Origin: Verrucomicrobia bacterium UBA1263
Lineage (GTDB): Bacteria; Verrucomicrobiota; Verrucomicrobiia; Limisphaerales; UBA1412
DNA: 54,968 nt
NCBI GenBank assembly: GCA_002308515.1
Contig: DBVN01000028.1
Location: forward strand, 16,177 to 71,144
Reading direction: 5' to 3'
Shown here: positions 17,308-27,098 of the stretch, piece by piece
How the letters are laid out: each line of letters opens with the position of its first letter
How positions within the stretch are numbered: the stretch's first letter is position 1
The notes under the pieces: generated by a model
Database searches by the model: none
What the model was told of the DNA's origin: nothing
Seen by the model: only the letters and a program-made list of their open reading frames with translations
Position numbers and translations under genes: made by a program

Positions 17308-18141
17308 CTAGGCATTGCACTTGAGAACACCGTTGAAATATCCGATAGACTCCGCCACACCCGGCAGAACATCGCTCATATCCTTCGCGTATTCCAGGCT
17401 GCAAACACCGGTGTAATTGACCTCTCTCAAGGTATTGAACAACTTCGCGAAATCGATCAGCCCGCGTCCGGCCTCAATACACCAGCCCGACTTATCGGCT
17501 TTGTTGACATCCCAGACATGCATATCATAAATGCGGGAACTGTATTTCTTCACATCCTCAATGAGATCCAATCCCGAACGCACCGTGTGACCAATATCCA
17601 GGCAGATACCCAACCGTTCGTCCAGGTCTTTTACATGCTCCCATACATCAGACGCGACCGGGAAAACTTTGATATCCGGCCCATGGATGTGGATGGCGAC
17701 TTTGAAATCATATTCTTTCACCTTCTTTTCCACCAGCGGCAGGAGTTCATAATCAGGCACTCCGATGATGAGCTTTACTCCCACCTTTTTCGCGTATGCA
17801 AAGGCATTATTCACCTCAGCTTCACTCTTCATATAGATGGGACCTACGCCATAAGGAGTGATCTTGCGATCTTTGAATTTACCCAGAACTTCCGCGATCT
17901 TTTCATCACTGGCATTGATAGGCAGATGAAAATCCTTCAAAGACATATAGCGTACATTCACACGATCCATCATTTTCAGAGAATCGTCTAAATTGTATTT
18001 CGCGAAAGTATATCCGGCGCATCCGATCTTGAATGGCCAGGGCTTGCCGTTTTCCTTAGCGGAAACGTTTTGTGTTACGGACGAAAGGCTCAGACCGCCT
18101 AATCCCACGGCAGCCATCTTAAAAAAATGTCGTCTATTCAT
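17308..18141 (-). CDS. sugar phosphate isomerase/epimerase (xylose-isomerase-like TIM barrel) with Tat signal
   Basis: Twin-arginine signal MNRRHFFKMAAVGLGGLSLSSVTQNVSA. AP_endonuc_2/TIM-barrel pattern (VAIHIHG, LDIGH, SLEY). Confidence 0.75.
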   Translation of the reverse strand: MNRRHFFKMAAVGLGGLSLSSVTQNVSAKENGKPWPFKIGCAGYTFAKYNLDDSLKMMDRVNVRYMSLKDFHLPINASDEKIAEVLGKFKDRKITPYGVGPIYMKSEAEVNNAFAYAKKVGVKLIIGVPDYELLPLVEKKVKEYDFKVAIHIHGPDIKVFPVASDVWEHVKDLDERLGICLDIGHTVRSGLDLIEDVKKYSSRIYDMHVWDVNKADKSGWCIEAGRGLIDFAKLFNTLREVNYTGVCSLEYAKDMSDVLPGVAESIGYFNGVLKCNA

Positions 18142-18188
18142 AATAAATCCATTATTAGTTAAAAATTAAAAACACCATTCAGTAAATT

Positions 18189-18564
18189 GGCTAAGGGGAA
18201 ACTGTAAGCCGAATTCTGTCTGCACTCTTACGAATGGAGAAGATCATTTCTCTAAGCAACCTAACCCGAAATCCCGGTTTTCACCATGAAACGGACCACT
18301 TCCAAGGATTCCCTATTTGGTCTTGCGCCGGATGGGGTTTTCCCTGCCCCGTAAATTACTCCACGGGCGGTAGTCTCTTAAGCTACCTTTTCACCCTTAC
18401 CTCTCGCGAGGCGGTATATTCTCTGCGGCACTCTCCGTGAAACAGCCTTGACGCTGTCCCCCCGTCTGTATCCTGTTCGCACAGGTTAGACGGCATCCTG
18501 TCCTGCGGCGTTCGGACTTTCCTCCCATGATTTCTCATGAGCGACCTTCCGTTACCCCAAAGCC
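18189..18564 (-). ncRNA. rnpB: RNase P RNA, bacterial type A
   Basis: The minus strand reads GGGAGGAAAGUCCGAACGCC (universal P4 5' strand) near the 5' end and ACAGAAUUCGGCUUACAG (P4 3' strand, consensus ACAGAAcccGGCUUA) near the 3' end. Also AGGGUGAAAAGGUAGCUUAAGAGACUACCGCCCGUGGAG. Terminal P1 pairing is GGCU..GGGG / CCCC..AGCC. End coordinates are approximate, within a few nt. Confidence 0.9.
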
Positions 18565-18678
18565 AACACTAAGTTACAGCGACACGCAAGGTTAAGCAAG
18601 CCTAATCTGACATTTTCAAGGAAACATGAATTCCGAATTGTACAACGGTGCTTTGCTGGGCTATACTTGGGAAAGGAT

Positions 18679-19308
18679 ATGAGCGCGCCTCGTCATATAT
18701 GGACCTCTCCGAGAGGGATTTTAGAGCTCGGTTTCCAAGGGTATTCCTGCAACTGGGGAACCTCTATTGCCATTCTCTATGAGGATCTGGATTCCGTACT
18801 GCCGTCGATCATGAGAATCCTTCACGCGGGATTACTGGCCGAAAACCGGCAAAACTGTTTTCTTTCGGAGCCGGTTCAGGAAGCCTTGATACACCTTTAC
18901 GAAAAAAAACATCCCGCGGAGGCAGTTCATCTTCAAGAGCCGGAACATTTTTCCTTTACGGATCCGACCAAAGCCGAAATCATTTTCAACCCTGATGATC
19001 CTTTGCAGATCAGCGATCATATCGATAATTTCTACTATGCCAGCCAAATCGATAAGGAAACCCCTATCCGCTCCATCCTGGATATCCGGCAAGCTCTGCC
19101 TTTCTATAAGAAACCGACTCAGCTGGCCGAAATGATCTTCCATATCAATTTCACCATTTGCAGCAAAGACTGGCTGCAAATCGTTCTCTATGACTTGAAT
19201 GAGATCAGCGCGACTTTCCTGATGGCGGCCTTGGAATACCACGCTTTTGTCCTGCGCAATAATAAATTGATCCAAAACACTCTTTATAAAGAGGATAAAA
19301 AGAAATAG
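18679..19308 (+). CDS. hypothetical protein (possibly MEDS-like sensory domain)
   Basis: ATG at 18679 preceded by AAAGGA; the track uses TTG at 18667. 209 aa and soluble. Weak resemblance to MEDS domains at the N-terminus (WGTSIAILYEDLDSVLPSIMRILHAGL). Not verifiable here. Confidence 0.4.
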   Translation: MSAPRHIWTSPRGILELGFQGYSCNWGTSIAILYEDLDSVLPSIMRILHAGLLAENRQNCFLSEPVQEALIHLYEKKHPAEAVHLQEPEHFSFTDPTKAEIIFNPDDPLQISDHIDNFYYASQIDKETPIRSILDIRQALPFYKKPTQLAEMIFHINFTICSKDWLQIVLYDLNEISATFLMAALEYHAFVLRNNKLIQNTLYKEDKKK

Positions 19309-19340
19309 AGACTACTCCCCCATGAAGCTGCAATGAGACC

Positions 19341-21155
19341 ATGATCCCGGATGTCATCATAGATCAAATTCGTGACGCTAATGATATTGTCGAAGTCATC
19401 AGCGCCTATCTGCCCCTGAAAAAGAAAGGCCGGGAATTTGTCGCGCTGTGTCCCTTCCATAATGAAAAGACCCCCAGCTTCAACGTCATTCCTCAGAAAC
19501 AGATCTTTTACTGTTTTGGATGTCACAAAGGAGGAGATGTTTTCAAATTTCTGTGTGAGTATGAACACATTCCCTATCCTGAAGCTATACGCCGTCTGGG
19601 AGAAAGAGCCGGCATTGAAGTTCCGGAAGACAACAGCGTATCTTCACTGAACCGCTCCGTCAAAGAATCTATGCTGAGGATCCATGAGGAGTTCACTCAA
19701 TACTGGCATCGCCAGCTGCTGAGCAGTCCGGAAGGGCAAATCGCCCGCGACTACCTGGCAAAGAGAGGTGTCTCAGAGCAATCCATCGAAGATTTCCGCC
19801 TGGGTTACACTCCTAAGCTCTGGGAAGATACCCCCGTTATGGCACAGCGCCTCCATCTGGATATGGATCATCTGGTCGAATCGGGACTTGCCCTCGCTCG
19901 CCAATCTGATGGGAAAAACAGCTCCGGACTCTATGGACGATTCCGAGGCCGGTTGATGTTCCCCATCTGCAATGATCAGGGACAAGTGATCGCCTTCAGT
20001 GCCCGTGTCCTCTATCCCGATGACAAAATGGGGAAATATGTCAATTCCCCTGAAACTCCTCTTTTTCACAAAGGAAAAGTCATTTATGGACTCGACCGGG
20101 CCAAACGGGAAATCACGGAGAAGAAATTCTCCATTATCTGCGAAGGTCAGCTGGACCTCATCAGTTGCCATGCCGCGGGTTTTCGGAACGCCGTCGCACC
20201 GCAGGGAACCGCCTTCACCGAGGATCAGGCCCGTCTGCTCAAACGCTTTGCTCCCGAAGTTGTCCTGTGCTTTGATGGTGACAACGCCGGTCAAAATGCT
20301 GTCATAAAGGCTTTTGACATTCTCATTAAATCAGAACTCAGCATGAAGGTCCTCTTCCTGCCCGACCAGCATGACCCGGATTCATTTATCAAAGCTTATG
20401 GAGCGGAAGCCTTTGGAAAACTGCTCAACACATCCCGGCAATTTTTCGATTTCTATCTTGCCTATCTTTGTCAGCACCACAACAAAGACTCTGACACAGG
20501 CCGCTTGCAGATCGTACAGGCAATGGGTGAAGCCTTGAACAAGGCAGACCAGCCGCTGCTGACAGATACTTATGCTCAGAAAACCGCCAACCTGCTCAAT
20601 GTCAGCACTCAAACGATTTTAGATCAATTCAAGCGCATTCCTCAGTACTCTGAAAGAAGATATGCTGAAGCACCTGCTCCGGAACAGTTTGATGATGCCG
20701 GAGAACCTATGGATGAAGAAGAATTCATCCCCCCCTCCAAACAGGATCGCTGGCTTCTGAAACTCCTCCTCATGAATAAGGATCAATGGGATAGGGTCTG
20801 CCAGTGTTTTCAGCCGGAATGGGTCGAAAACAAATCTGTAAGAGAGATCATCACTTATATACTGGATCTCCACACCGCTGGCGATTGGTCACAAGACGCT
20901 TTACTAAAAGCATTTCCATCTCCGAATATCCAACAGCTTCTTTATGAGATACTGGTGCAGACAGTAGAAAACATCCCGGAAAAGGAACGTCAACTGAAGG
21001 AACTCCTCATGACCTTACGCAATAAACACTGCAATCAGCTGTTGAGAAACATCAACCAGCAGCTGCTGAAACCTGGAATTTCTTTAGATGAACAACTTCA
21101 ATTACTCCAGCAAAAAGAACGTATCCGGCAAATCAAAAGCACACCCTTGATATGA
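19341..21155 (+). CDS. dnaG: DNA primase
   Basis: Zinc ribbon CPFHNEKTPSFNV...FYCFGCHKGGDVFKF, RNA-polymerase core, and Toprim (ICEGQLDLIS, LCFDGDNAGQNA). Confidence 0.95.
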   Translation: MIPDVIIDQIRDANDIVEVISAYLPLKKKGREFVALCPFHNEKTPSFNVIPQKQIFYCFGCHKGGDVFKFLCEYEHIPYPEAIRRLGERAGIEVPEDNSVSSLNRSVKESMLRIHEEFTQYWHRQLLSSPEGQIARDYLAKRGVSEQSIEDFRLGYTPKLWEDTPVMAQRLHLDMDHLVESGLALARQSDGKNSSGLYGRFRGRLMFPICNDQGQVIAFSARVLYPDDKMGKYVNSPETPLFHKGKVIYGLDRAKREITEKKFSIICEGQLDLISCHAAGFRNAVAPQGTAFTEDQARLLKRFAPEVVLCFDGDNAGQNAVIKAFDILIKSELSMKVLFLPDQHDPDSFIKAYGAEAFGKLLNTSRQFFDFYLAYLCQHHNKDSDTGRLQIVQAMGEALNKADQPLLTDTYAQKTANLLNVSTQTILDQFKRIPQYSERRYAEAPAPEQFDDAGEPMDEEEFIPPSKQDRWLLKLLLMNKDQWDRVCQCFQPEWVENKSVREIITYILDLHTAGDWSQDALLKAFPSPNIQQLLYEILVQTVENIPEKERQLKELLMTLRNKHCNQLLRNINQQLLKPGISLDEQLQLLQQKERIRQIKSTPLI

Positions 21156-21156
21156 T

Positions 21157-21188
21157 GTTATTCACAACGGGTTGTGAATAACTTTTTC
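21157..21188 (+). terminator. rho-independent terminator after dnaG
   Basis: Inverted repeat GTTATTCACAAC / GTTGTGAATAAC (21157-21168 / 21171-21182) followed by TTTTT. Confidence 0.6.
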
Positions 21189-21234
21189 GTTCATCTTTTT
21201 GACATCCCCGGTTCATTATGCAAAGCTCTGATTC

Positions 21235-22848
21235 GTGAGTGTGACGAGTGACAATCCAAACAATGAAGTTCCTGATGAAATCCCCGCGAATCCACCGGAA
21301 TCCTCTGAATACAACTATGTTCCAGAGGAGGAAGTGAATCCGCTCCCGGCAGAGGAAATGGTACCTCCTCCCGTCAAAAAAGGAACACGTGGACGCGGAC
21401 GTAAAAGTCACACAGCATCCTCCCGTTCAGATACAAACGCCATTCACCCTCCTCAAAGGCAAACTCCCTGTTCTATTGAGGCGGAACAAGGTGTTTTGGG
21501 ATGTATCATGCTCGACCCCAGAAACAATCTTGCTTTATTCATTTCAAAACTCAGTGGCAAAGACAACTTGGAAAATATTTTCTATGACGTTCGTCATCAG
21601 ACTTTGATCTCCCAGATCATAGCCATGAACGAGGAATCCACCCCCATTGATGACCTGACTCTGATCCAGCGTTTGAACGATCGCGGGCTTCTTGACGCGG
21701 CCGGCGGTATTGCCTATGTATCCAGTCTAAAAGACGCGCCACCTTCTCCGCTGAATATGGAATACTATCTGGATATCGTGCGAGAGAAGTATCTTTTGCG
21801 CAGTCTTGTCCAAACCTGCACGGTTTTGGCGGAAGATGTATATTCTAATCCATCAGATGTGGAAGCTCTTATGGATAAAGCGGAAAAAGAGATCCTGCGC
21901 ATCAACGGTGAATGGGTTCATGCTTCTTCCACCACAATGCAGGATCTCGTAAGGAATGCCTTTCAAACCATCGAAAACTATTTTAACCGCAAAGGCGATC
22001 TTACCGGTCTGGCTACAGGATTTCCTCAGCTGGATAAAATGACTTCCGGTCTGCACGAGGGAGAAATGATCGTGATCGCGGCTCGTCCTTCTATGGGCAA
22101 AACGTCCCTGGCCATGAACATCGCTGAACACGCTGCCATCGAATTAAATCAACCGGTAGGTGTGTTCAGTCTGGAAATGACCGCAGACTCTCTGGTCATG
22201 CGTATGCTTTGTTCACGGGCTCAAGTCAGTATGCAGTCCATCCGCAACGGAACTTTGACTAACCAGGACTTTATGCACATGACCACAGAAGCCAGAAGAC
22301 TGGCTTCTGCTCCGGTCTATATTGATGACACTCCGGGACTGAGTATTTTGAATCTGCGAAGCCGGGCGCGCCGCATGATGGAAAAAGGCATCAAACTTTT
22401 CGTGATAGACTATTTGCAGCTGCTGCACTCCTCCGTGAATCAAAAAGGAGACAACCGTCAACAGGAAATCGCGGATATTTCAAACAACATCAAAAGCTTA
22501 GCTAAAGAACTCAAAGTCCCGGTCATCGTCCTGAGTCAGCTCAACCGTGACGTGGAAAAAGAGAAGAACCGCGCTCCTCGCCTGTCAGACCTCCGTGAAT
22601 CCGGTGCCATCGAGCAGGACGCGGATATCGTTTTGCTGATCTATCGTCCTAATAATAAGGCAGAAGGACACTATTCCAAAGATGAAGATGAGGAACCGAA
22701 CTCACAAAACGCGGAAACCACGGTCCCCATCAAACTGATCATCGCCAAACAAAGAAATGGTCCAACCGGTGATGTCGACCTTATTTTCTTGAAAAATTAC
22801 ACTCGATTTGTTAATCCTACCCGTGTACGTCCAGAAGACGTACAATAA
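21235..22848 (+). CDS. dnaB: replicative DNA helicase
   Basis: SIEAEQGVLGCIML N-domain, Walker A ARPSMGKTS, Walker B FVIDYLQLL, and SQLNR, ESGAIEQDAD, AKQRNGPTG. GTG start at 21235 is uncertain. About 78 aa of acidic/Pro-rich sequence precede the conserved domain. Confidence 0.9.
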   Translation: MSVTSDNPNNEVPDEIPANPPESSEYNYVPEEEVNPLPAEEMVPPPVKKGTRGRGRKSHTASSRSDTNAIHPPQRQTPCSIEAEQGVLGCIMLDPRNNLALFISKLSGKDNLENIFYDVRHQTLISQIIAMNEESTPIDDLTLIQRLNDRGLLDAAGGIAYVSSLKDAPPSPLNMEYYLDIVREKYLLRSLVQTCTVLAEDVYSNPSDVEALMDKAEKEILRINGEWVHASSTTMQDLVRNAFQTIENYFNRKGDLTGLATGFPQLDKMTSGLHEGEMIVIAARPSMGKTSLAMNIAEHAAIELNQPVGVFSLEMTADSLVMRMLCSRAQVSMQSIRNGTLTNQDFMHMTTEARRLASAPVYIDDTPGLSILNLRSRARRMMEKGIKLFVIDYLQLLHSSVNQKGDNRQQEIADISNNIKSLAKELKVPVIVLSQLNRDVEKEKNRAPRLSDLRESGAIEQDADIVLLIYRPNNKAEGHYSKDEDEEPNSQNAETTVPIKLIIAKQRNGPTGDVDLIFLKNYTRFVNPTRVRPEDVQ

Positions 22849-22917
22849 CCGTAGAACCACATAGAATCGAGGCCACTATGCGAGAAACTTCGTATAGCGG
22901 AACTCAGAGAACCTCAG

Positions 22918-25305
22918 ATGAAGAAAAAAATCAGACTCTGTGCTGTTGTTGCCGCTCTGCTATTGCTTAGCGGACAACCTCTTGCATGGGCACAAGGACA
23001 GTCCTCCTACGAGAATACGACCGTCCAGAAGATCACTATCACCCATGTGGGACCGCAAGCTGTTAATGATGACTACATCCGCTCCAATATTCGCATCAAA
23101 CCTGGGGACACCTATGTACGGACGGTTATAGACGACAGTATCAAAAACCTCTATTCCACAGGATATTTCTACAATATCCGCGTGGGTGAAGAGGATGCCG
23201 GAGCCGGAGATGTCAACCTTACATTCTTTGTTCAGGCAAAGCCCATCATCACAGACATTCAATTTGTTGGAAATGAACATATCAAGAGACGCGCATTGAT
23301 GAAAAAAGTCTCTTCAAAAGTGGGCGCTCCCCTGGATGAACACAAACTTTTCAAAGATACCCGTGATATTTTAAAGAAATACCAACGCAGCGGCCGTCAG
23401 AAAACAACCGTTAAATATACTACTAATGTAGATGAAAAAGCCGGCCGCGCCAGTGTGGTATTTGAAATCGTAGAAGCACCGAAAATCAAAATCAAAAAGG
23501 TTCTCTTCGATGGGGCCAGCGCTTTTAAACAGAAGAAATTACGCAAAGTCGTTAAGACTCGCAAATTCTGGTTCCTCTCCTTCATTACCGGCAGCGGTAC
23601 ACTGAAAGATGATCAGGTGGCTGAAGATCAGGAAAAACTGACAACCTTCTATCACAACGAGGGTTATCTCGATTTCAAGATCAATGACATCAATTCCGAT
23701 GTGATTAGCGAAAAACGCATGATCGTCCACTTTGATATCGAAGAAGGCCAGCAGTATCATGTGGGCAAGATATCCTTTGAAGGAAATAAGCTCTTCAGTT
23801 CTGATGAGATCCTGCGTGGTGTTTACACAGAAGGAAATCTGTCCAAGATGTCTATGCTGGAAGGCAGTGTTTTCTCTCCAAAAGGACTCACCGCTGATAT
23901 CGAAGCTATTGAGGATTACTACGGCTCCCGCGGTTATATCGATGTCATCGTCAACGCTGTAAAGATCCCTAATGTAGAAAACTCTACGATGGATCTTATC
24001 TATCGGGTCGAGGAATTTGATAAATCCTACGTTGAGAAAATCGAGATACGAGGCAATACCAAAACCAAAGACAAGGTCATCCGCAGGGAATTAGCCATCA
24101 CACCGGGTGAAGTTTTTGACATGACTCGTGTCAAACTGAGCAAACGCCGTCTGGAAGGTCTGCAATATTTCTCCAAGGTGGATCCTCAGCCGGAGCCGAC
24201 CGATATTCCTGATCGTAAGGACTTGGTTATCAACATTGATGAAAAGGATACCGCCAATTTCATGGTGGGCGCGGGCTTCAGCACCGTTGATAATCTATTC
24301 GGTTACGCGGAAGTTTCTCAAAGCAATTTTGATTTGTTCAAACCACCCTACTTCATGGGCGGAGGTCAAAAGATGCGTTTGCGCGCTACCATCGGCACAA
24401 AGCGGCATGACTACATCCTGTCCTTTGTCGAACCGTGGCTTTTTGGCCGTAAGCTCGCGTTGAGTACAGACTTATACTGGAGACAAATCAGTTACTATTC
24501 TGATGAATATGAAGAGGAGATCCTGGGCGGCAAGGTTGGTCTGACCCGTACCCTTTGGAACGACTTCTGGATAGGCGGTATTGCTTACTCTCTTGAAAAT
24601 GTGAACATCAATCATGTCACATCAAAAGCGCCGTATGTCATCCGCCAGGATCAGGGTTCCAATCTGATTTCCAAGGTCATGCCCTCCATCGCATACGACA
24701 CACGCAATTCCACAATGCTGCCCAATGGCGGTCAGCGCACTGAATTCCTTCCGCAAGTAGCAGGCGGTCCTTTCGGAGGTGATTTCAGTTTCTATAAACT
24801 GGAATTGAGAACTTCCTGGTATTTCAAAGGCTTTGGCGAAGGTGATGTGCTGGAAGTGATGGGACGCATCGGCACTATGGATAATTATGATAATTCCGAC
24901 CATATCCCCTTCTACGAAAAATACTATTTAGGCGGTGCCTACGATATGCGCGGCTATAAATACCGTCACTTAGGTCCCCTCATTGAAGGCGAACCTGTTG
25001 GCGGTCAAACTTATGTCTTCGGCAGCTTGGAATACTCTGTTCCTATCATCGAGGAATATCTGCGTGTTGCGGCATTCTATGATATCGGCTGGGTCAACCC
25101 GGACGCCTACGATTTCAATCCCTCTCACAGAAAAGATCCTCTGTATGGCAAGTTAGGATGGGCAGATGACGTGGGTCTCGGTGTCCGCTTGAACATCCCG
25201 ATGCTCGGACCTCTGCGCTTTGACTATGGTATTCCCATCAACGGCAGGAACGAAGGCAGCAGCGGACGATTCAATTTCAGCGTGGGTTATACCCGTGAAT
25301 TCTAA
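22918..25305 (+). CDS. bamA: outer membrane protein assembly factor BamA
   Basis: Signal peptide, five POTRA-like repeats (I..I.F.GN....), and a C-terminal Omp85 barrel ending ...RFNFSVGYTREF. Confidence 0.9.
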   Translation: MKKKIRLCAVVAALLLLSGQPLAWAQGQSSYENTTVQKITITHVGPQAVNDDYIRSNIRIKPGDTYVRTVIDDSIKNLYSTGYFYNIRVGEEDAGAGDVNLTFFVQAKPIITDIQFVGNEHIKRRALMKKVSSKVGAPLDEHKLFKDTRDILKKYQRSGRQKTTVKYTTNVDEKAGRASVVFEIVEAPKIKIKKVLFDGASAFKQKKLRKVVKTRKFWFLSFITGSGTLKDDQVAEDQEKLTTFYHNEGYLDFKINDINSDVISEKRMIVHFDIEEGQQYHVGKISFEGNKLFSSDEILRGVYTEGNLSKMSMLEGSVFSPKGLTADIEAIEDYYGSRGYIDVIVNAVKIPNVENSTMDLIYRVEEFDKSYVEKIEIRGNTKTKDKVIRRELAITPGEVFDMTRVKLSKRRLEGLQYFSKVDPQPEPTDIPDRKDLVINIDEKDTANFMVGAGFSTVDNLFGYAEVSQSNFDLFKPPYFMGGGQKMRLRATIGTKRHDYILSFVEPWLFGRKLALSTDLYWRQISYYSDEYEEEILGGKVGLTRTLWNDFWIGGIAYSLENVNINHVTSKAPYVIRQDQGSNLISKVMPSIAYDTRNSTMLPNGGQRTEFLPQVAGGPFGGDFSFYKLELRTSWYFKGFGEGDVLEVMGRIGTMDNYDNSDHIPFYEKYYLGGAYDMRGYKYRHLGPLIEGEPVGGQTYVFGSLEYSVPIIEEYLRVAAFYDIGWVNPDAYDFNPSHRKDPLYGKLGWADDVGLGVRLNIPMLGPLRFDYGIPINGRNEGSSGRFNFSVGYTREF

Positions 25306-25329
25306 TCTATTGAGAATAAAGTTTTTTGT

Positions 25330-25935
25330 ATGAAAAAATTAGTCGCAACATTGGCAGTCTGCAAAGTTATTTGCGCGCTTGCAGTCTGTTTCACACTCAC
25401 CTTTGGTGCCAATGCTCAATCCCAAAAGATTGCTACCATTGACATGGTCAAAGTCTTCAATGAGTATTACAAAACAGCTCAGGTCAATAAACAGATATCT
25501 GAACTGTCCGAGAAATACAACGCGGAATGGATCCAATTTGAATCGGATCTGAAAGTGATAAAAGAAGAATACCTTGAAGTCATTAAAAGACTCCAGGATC
25601 CCGCCGCAACAGAAGAGGCAAAAGCCAAAGATACGGAGCTGGCAAAACAGCTCAATGAAAAAGGTAAAAAACAAGAAACTGATATGGCTCAATTCAAAGC
25701 CGACGGTCTTCGCACTCTCGACAGCGAGAAAAAACGACTGAGAGCCAAAATCATCAGCGAAATCTCAGAAGTCGTTTCAAAACGCGCTCAAAGCGAAGGT
25801 TATACTCTTGTTTTGAATACAGCCTATAATGAAGACGACCCCAAACGTCCTATTATTTTCACATCCGGAAAAAATGATATCACACAAGAGGTTCTGGATA
25901 TTTTAAACGCGGATGCTGATAAAAAAACTGAATAA
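25330..25935 (+). CDS. skp: OmpH/Skp-family periplasmic chaperone (copy 1)
   Basis: Signal peptide, then KIATIDMVKVFNEY and a long Lys/Glu coiled-coil. Located directly after bamA. Confidence 0.8.
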   Translation: MKKLVATLAVCKVICALAVCFTLTFGANAQSQKIATIDMVKVFNEYYKTAQVNKQISELSEKYNAEWIQFESDLKVIKEEYLEVIKRLQDPAATEEAKAKDTELAKQLNEKGKKQETDMAQFKADGLRTLDSEKKRLRAKIISEISEVVSKRAQSEGYTLVLNTAYNEDDPKRPIIFTSGKNDITQEVLDILNADADKKTE

Positions 25936-25946
25936 ACTATTTTTAT

Positions 25947-26579
25947 ATGAAAAAAATCATTCCTGTACTCATTACCTGTTTGACTCTTTGTTTCTGCTGT
26001 GAAACAACGGCTATAGCTCAAACAACACAAAAAATCGCTACCATCAATCTTCGTAAAGTCTTTGATGGATATTTTAAGACCAAGCAAGCGGATATCCAAA
26101 TCAAGGAACTCGCAGCGGGATATGACGCCGAAAGTAAAAAGTATCAAGATGAGTATAAAAAGCTCACCGATGATTACAGTGTGGCTTTCGCAAAAATCGA
26201 TGATCCCACGATCACCGAAGAGGTAAAAGCTCAGCGTCGTGCCGCCGCAGAAGATCTTCGCGTTGAAATCAAAAAGATGGAGACAATGATCACCCAGTTT
26301 GAACGCAGTGCCCGCACCGCTCTCTCAGAACAGCAGCGCCGCTATCGCAAGAACATCATGGATGAGATCACGGAACTTGTGGCCAAACGCGCGAAGAGCG
26401 AACAGTATTCCATGGTTTTTGATGTGGGAGCGGACAGCGCTGACCGCAGTCGTATCCTCCTGTACACGGATGGTCAATATGACCTGACCGAAGATATCCT
26501 CAAACAGCTCAATGCCAATGCCCCCGCGGACATCCTTGAGAAGATGAAAGAGGAACCCATTGAATCTGAAGAACCTTAA
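25947..26579 (+). CDS. skp: OmpH/Skp-family periplasmic chaperone (copy 2)
   Basis: Signal peptide, then KIATINLRKVFDGY and a coiled-coil. Paralogous layout to copy 1. Confidence 0.8.
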   Translation: MKKIIPVLITCLTLCFCCETTAIAQTTQKIATINLRKVFDGYFKTKQADIQIKELAAGYDAESKKYQDEYKKLTDDYSVAFAKIDDPTITEEVKAQRRAAAEDLRVEIKKMETMITQFERSARTALSEQQRRYRKNIMDEITELVAKRAKSEQYSMVFDVGADSADRSRILLYTDGQYDLTEDILKQLNANAPADILEKMKEEPIESEEP

Positions 26580-26592
26580 CAGATGATGGATG

Positions 26593-26625
26593 ACGAATGC
26601 CGTAAAGAATGAAAGCGGCATTCGT
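26593..26625 (+). other. stem-loop after the second skp gene (possible weak terminator)
   Basis: 10-bp stem ACGAATGCCG / CGGCATTCGT with a 13-nt loop. The tail is AUAAAAUG, not a clean U-tract. Confidence 0.35.
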
Positions 26626-26630
26626 ATAAA

Positions 26631-27089
26631 ATGCGGCATACCATGTATAAACTCATCATCGTGCTTCTAATCGGACTCATATTGGAGGCCATTGGAGTTG
26701 TATTCCTAAACCGCGGACTTCACCAAATCGGAGAAGTAAGTCAGGTCAACTTACAAGAAATCGCCCGAATCATCCTAAAAGGTATCTGCAACGGCAACAT
26801 CCTGTTAGGAGTTCTCTTCGAGGCTATGTTCTTTGGCGCTCTTCTCTATCTGATGAGCCAGGCTCAGGTGAGTTTTATATGGCCAATGACCAGTTTGGGA
26901 TTTGTGTTCACAACTCTCGCGGCATGGCTGATTCTCCGTGAAGAGATCGTTCCCCTGCGCTGGTTTGGGGTTCTGTTGATCGTCGCAGGCGCGGGAATCA
27001 TCACCTGGACAGAAAAAGCGCACGAGATGCAGAAAACAAATCAGGACACTCCCCCTTTAGTAGAAAATAATACATTAGATCAAAAATAA
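26631..27089 (+). CDS. small EamA/DMT-superfamily membrane protein (half-size, 4 TM)
   Basis: 152 aa with four TM helices. EamA-like C-terminal helix VPLRWFGVLLIVAGAGII. Confidence 0.6.
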   Translation: MRHTMYKLIIVLLIGLILEAIGVVFLNRGLHQIGEVSQVNLQEIARIILKGICNGNILLGVLFEAMFFGALLYLMSQAQVSFIWPMTSLGFVFTTLAAWLILREEIVPLRWFGVLLIVAGAGIITWTEKAHEMQKTNQDTPPLVENNTLDQK

Positions 27090-27098
27090 TTAAATATT

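Noticed and set aside
18234-18440. 68-aa ORF on the plus strand
   Set aside because: It lies inside, and antisense to, the RNase P RNA gene.
25330-26579. Tandem Skp/OmpH paralogs as something unusual
   Set aside because: To my knowledge duplicated skp genes downstream of bamA are not unusual in diderm bacteria. Both copies look intact and ordinary.
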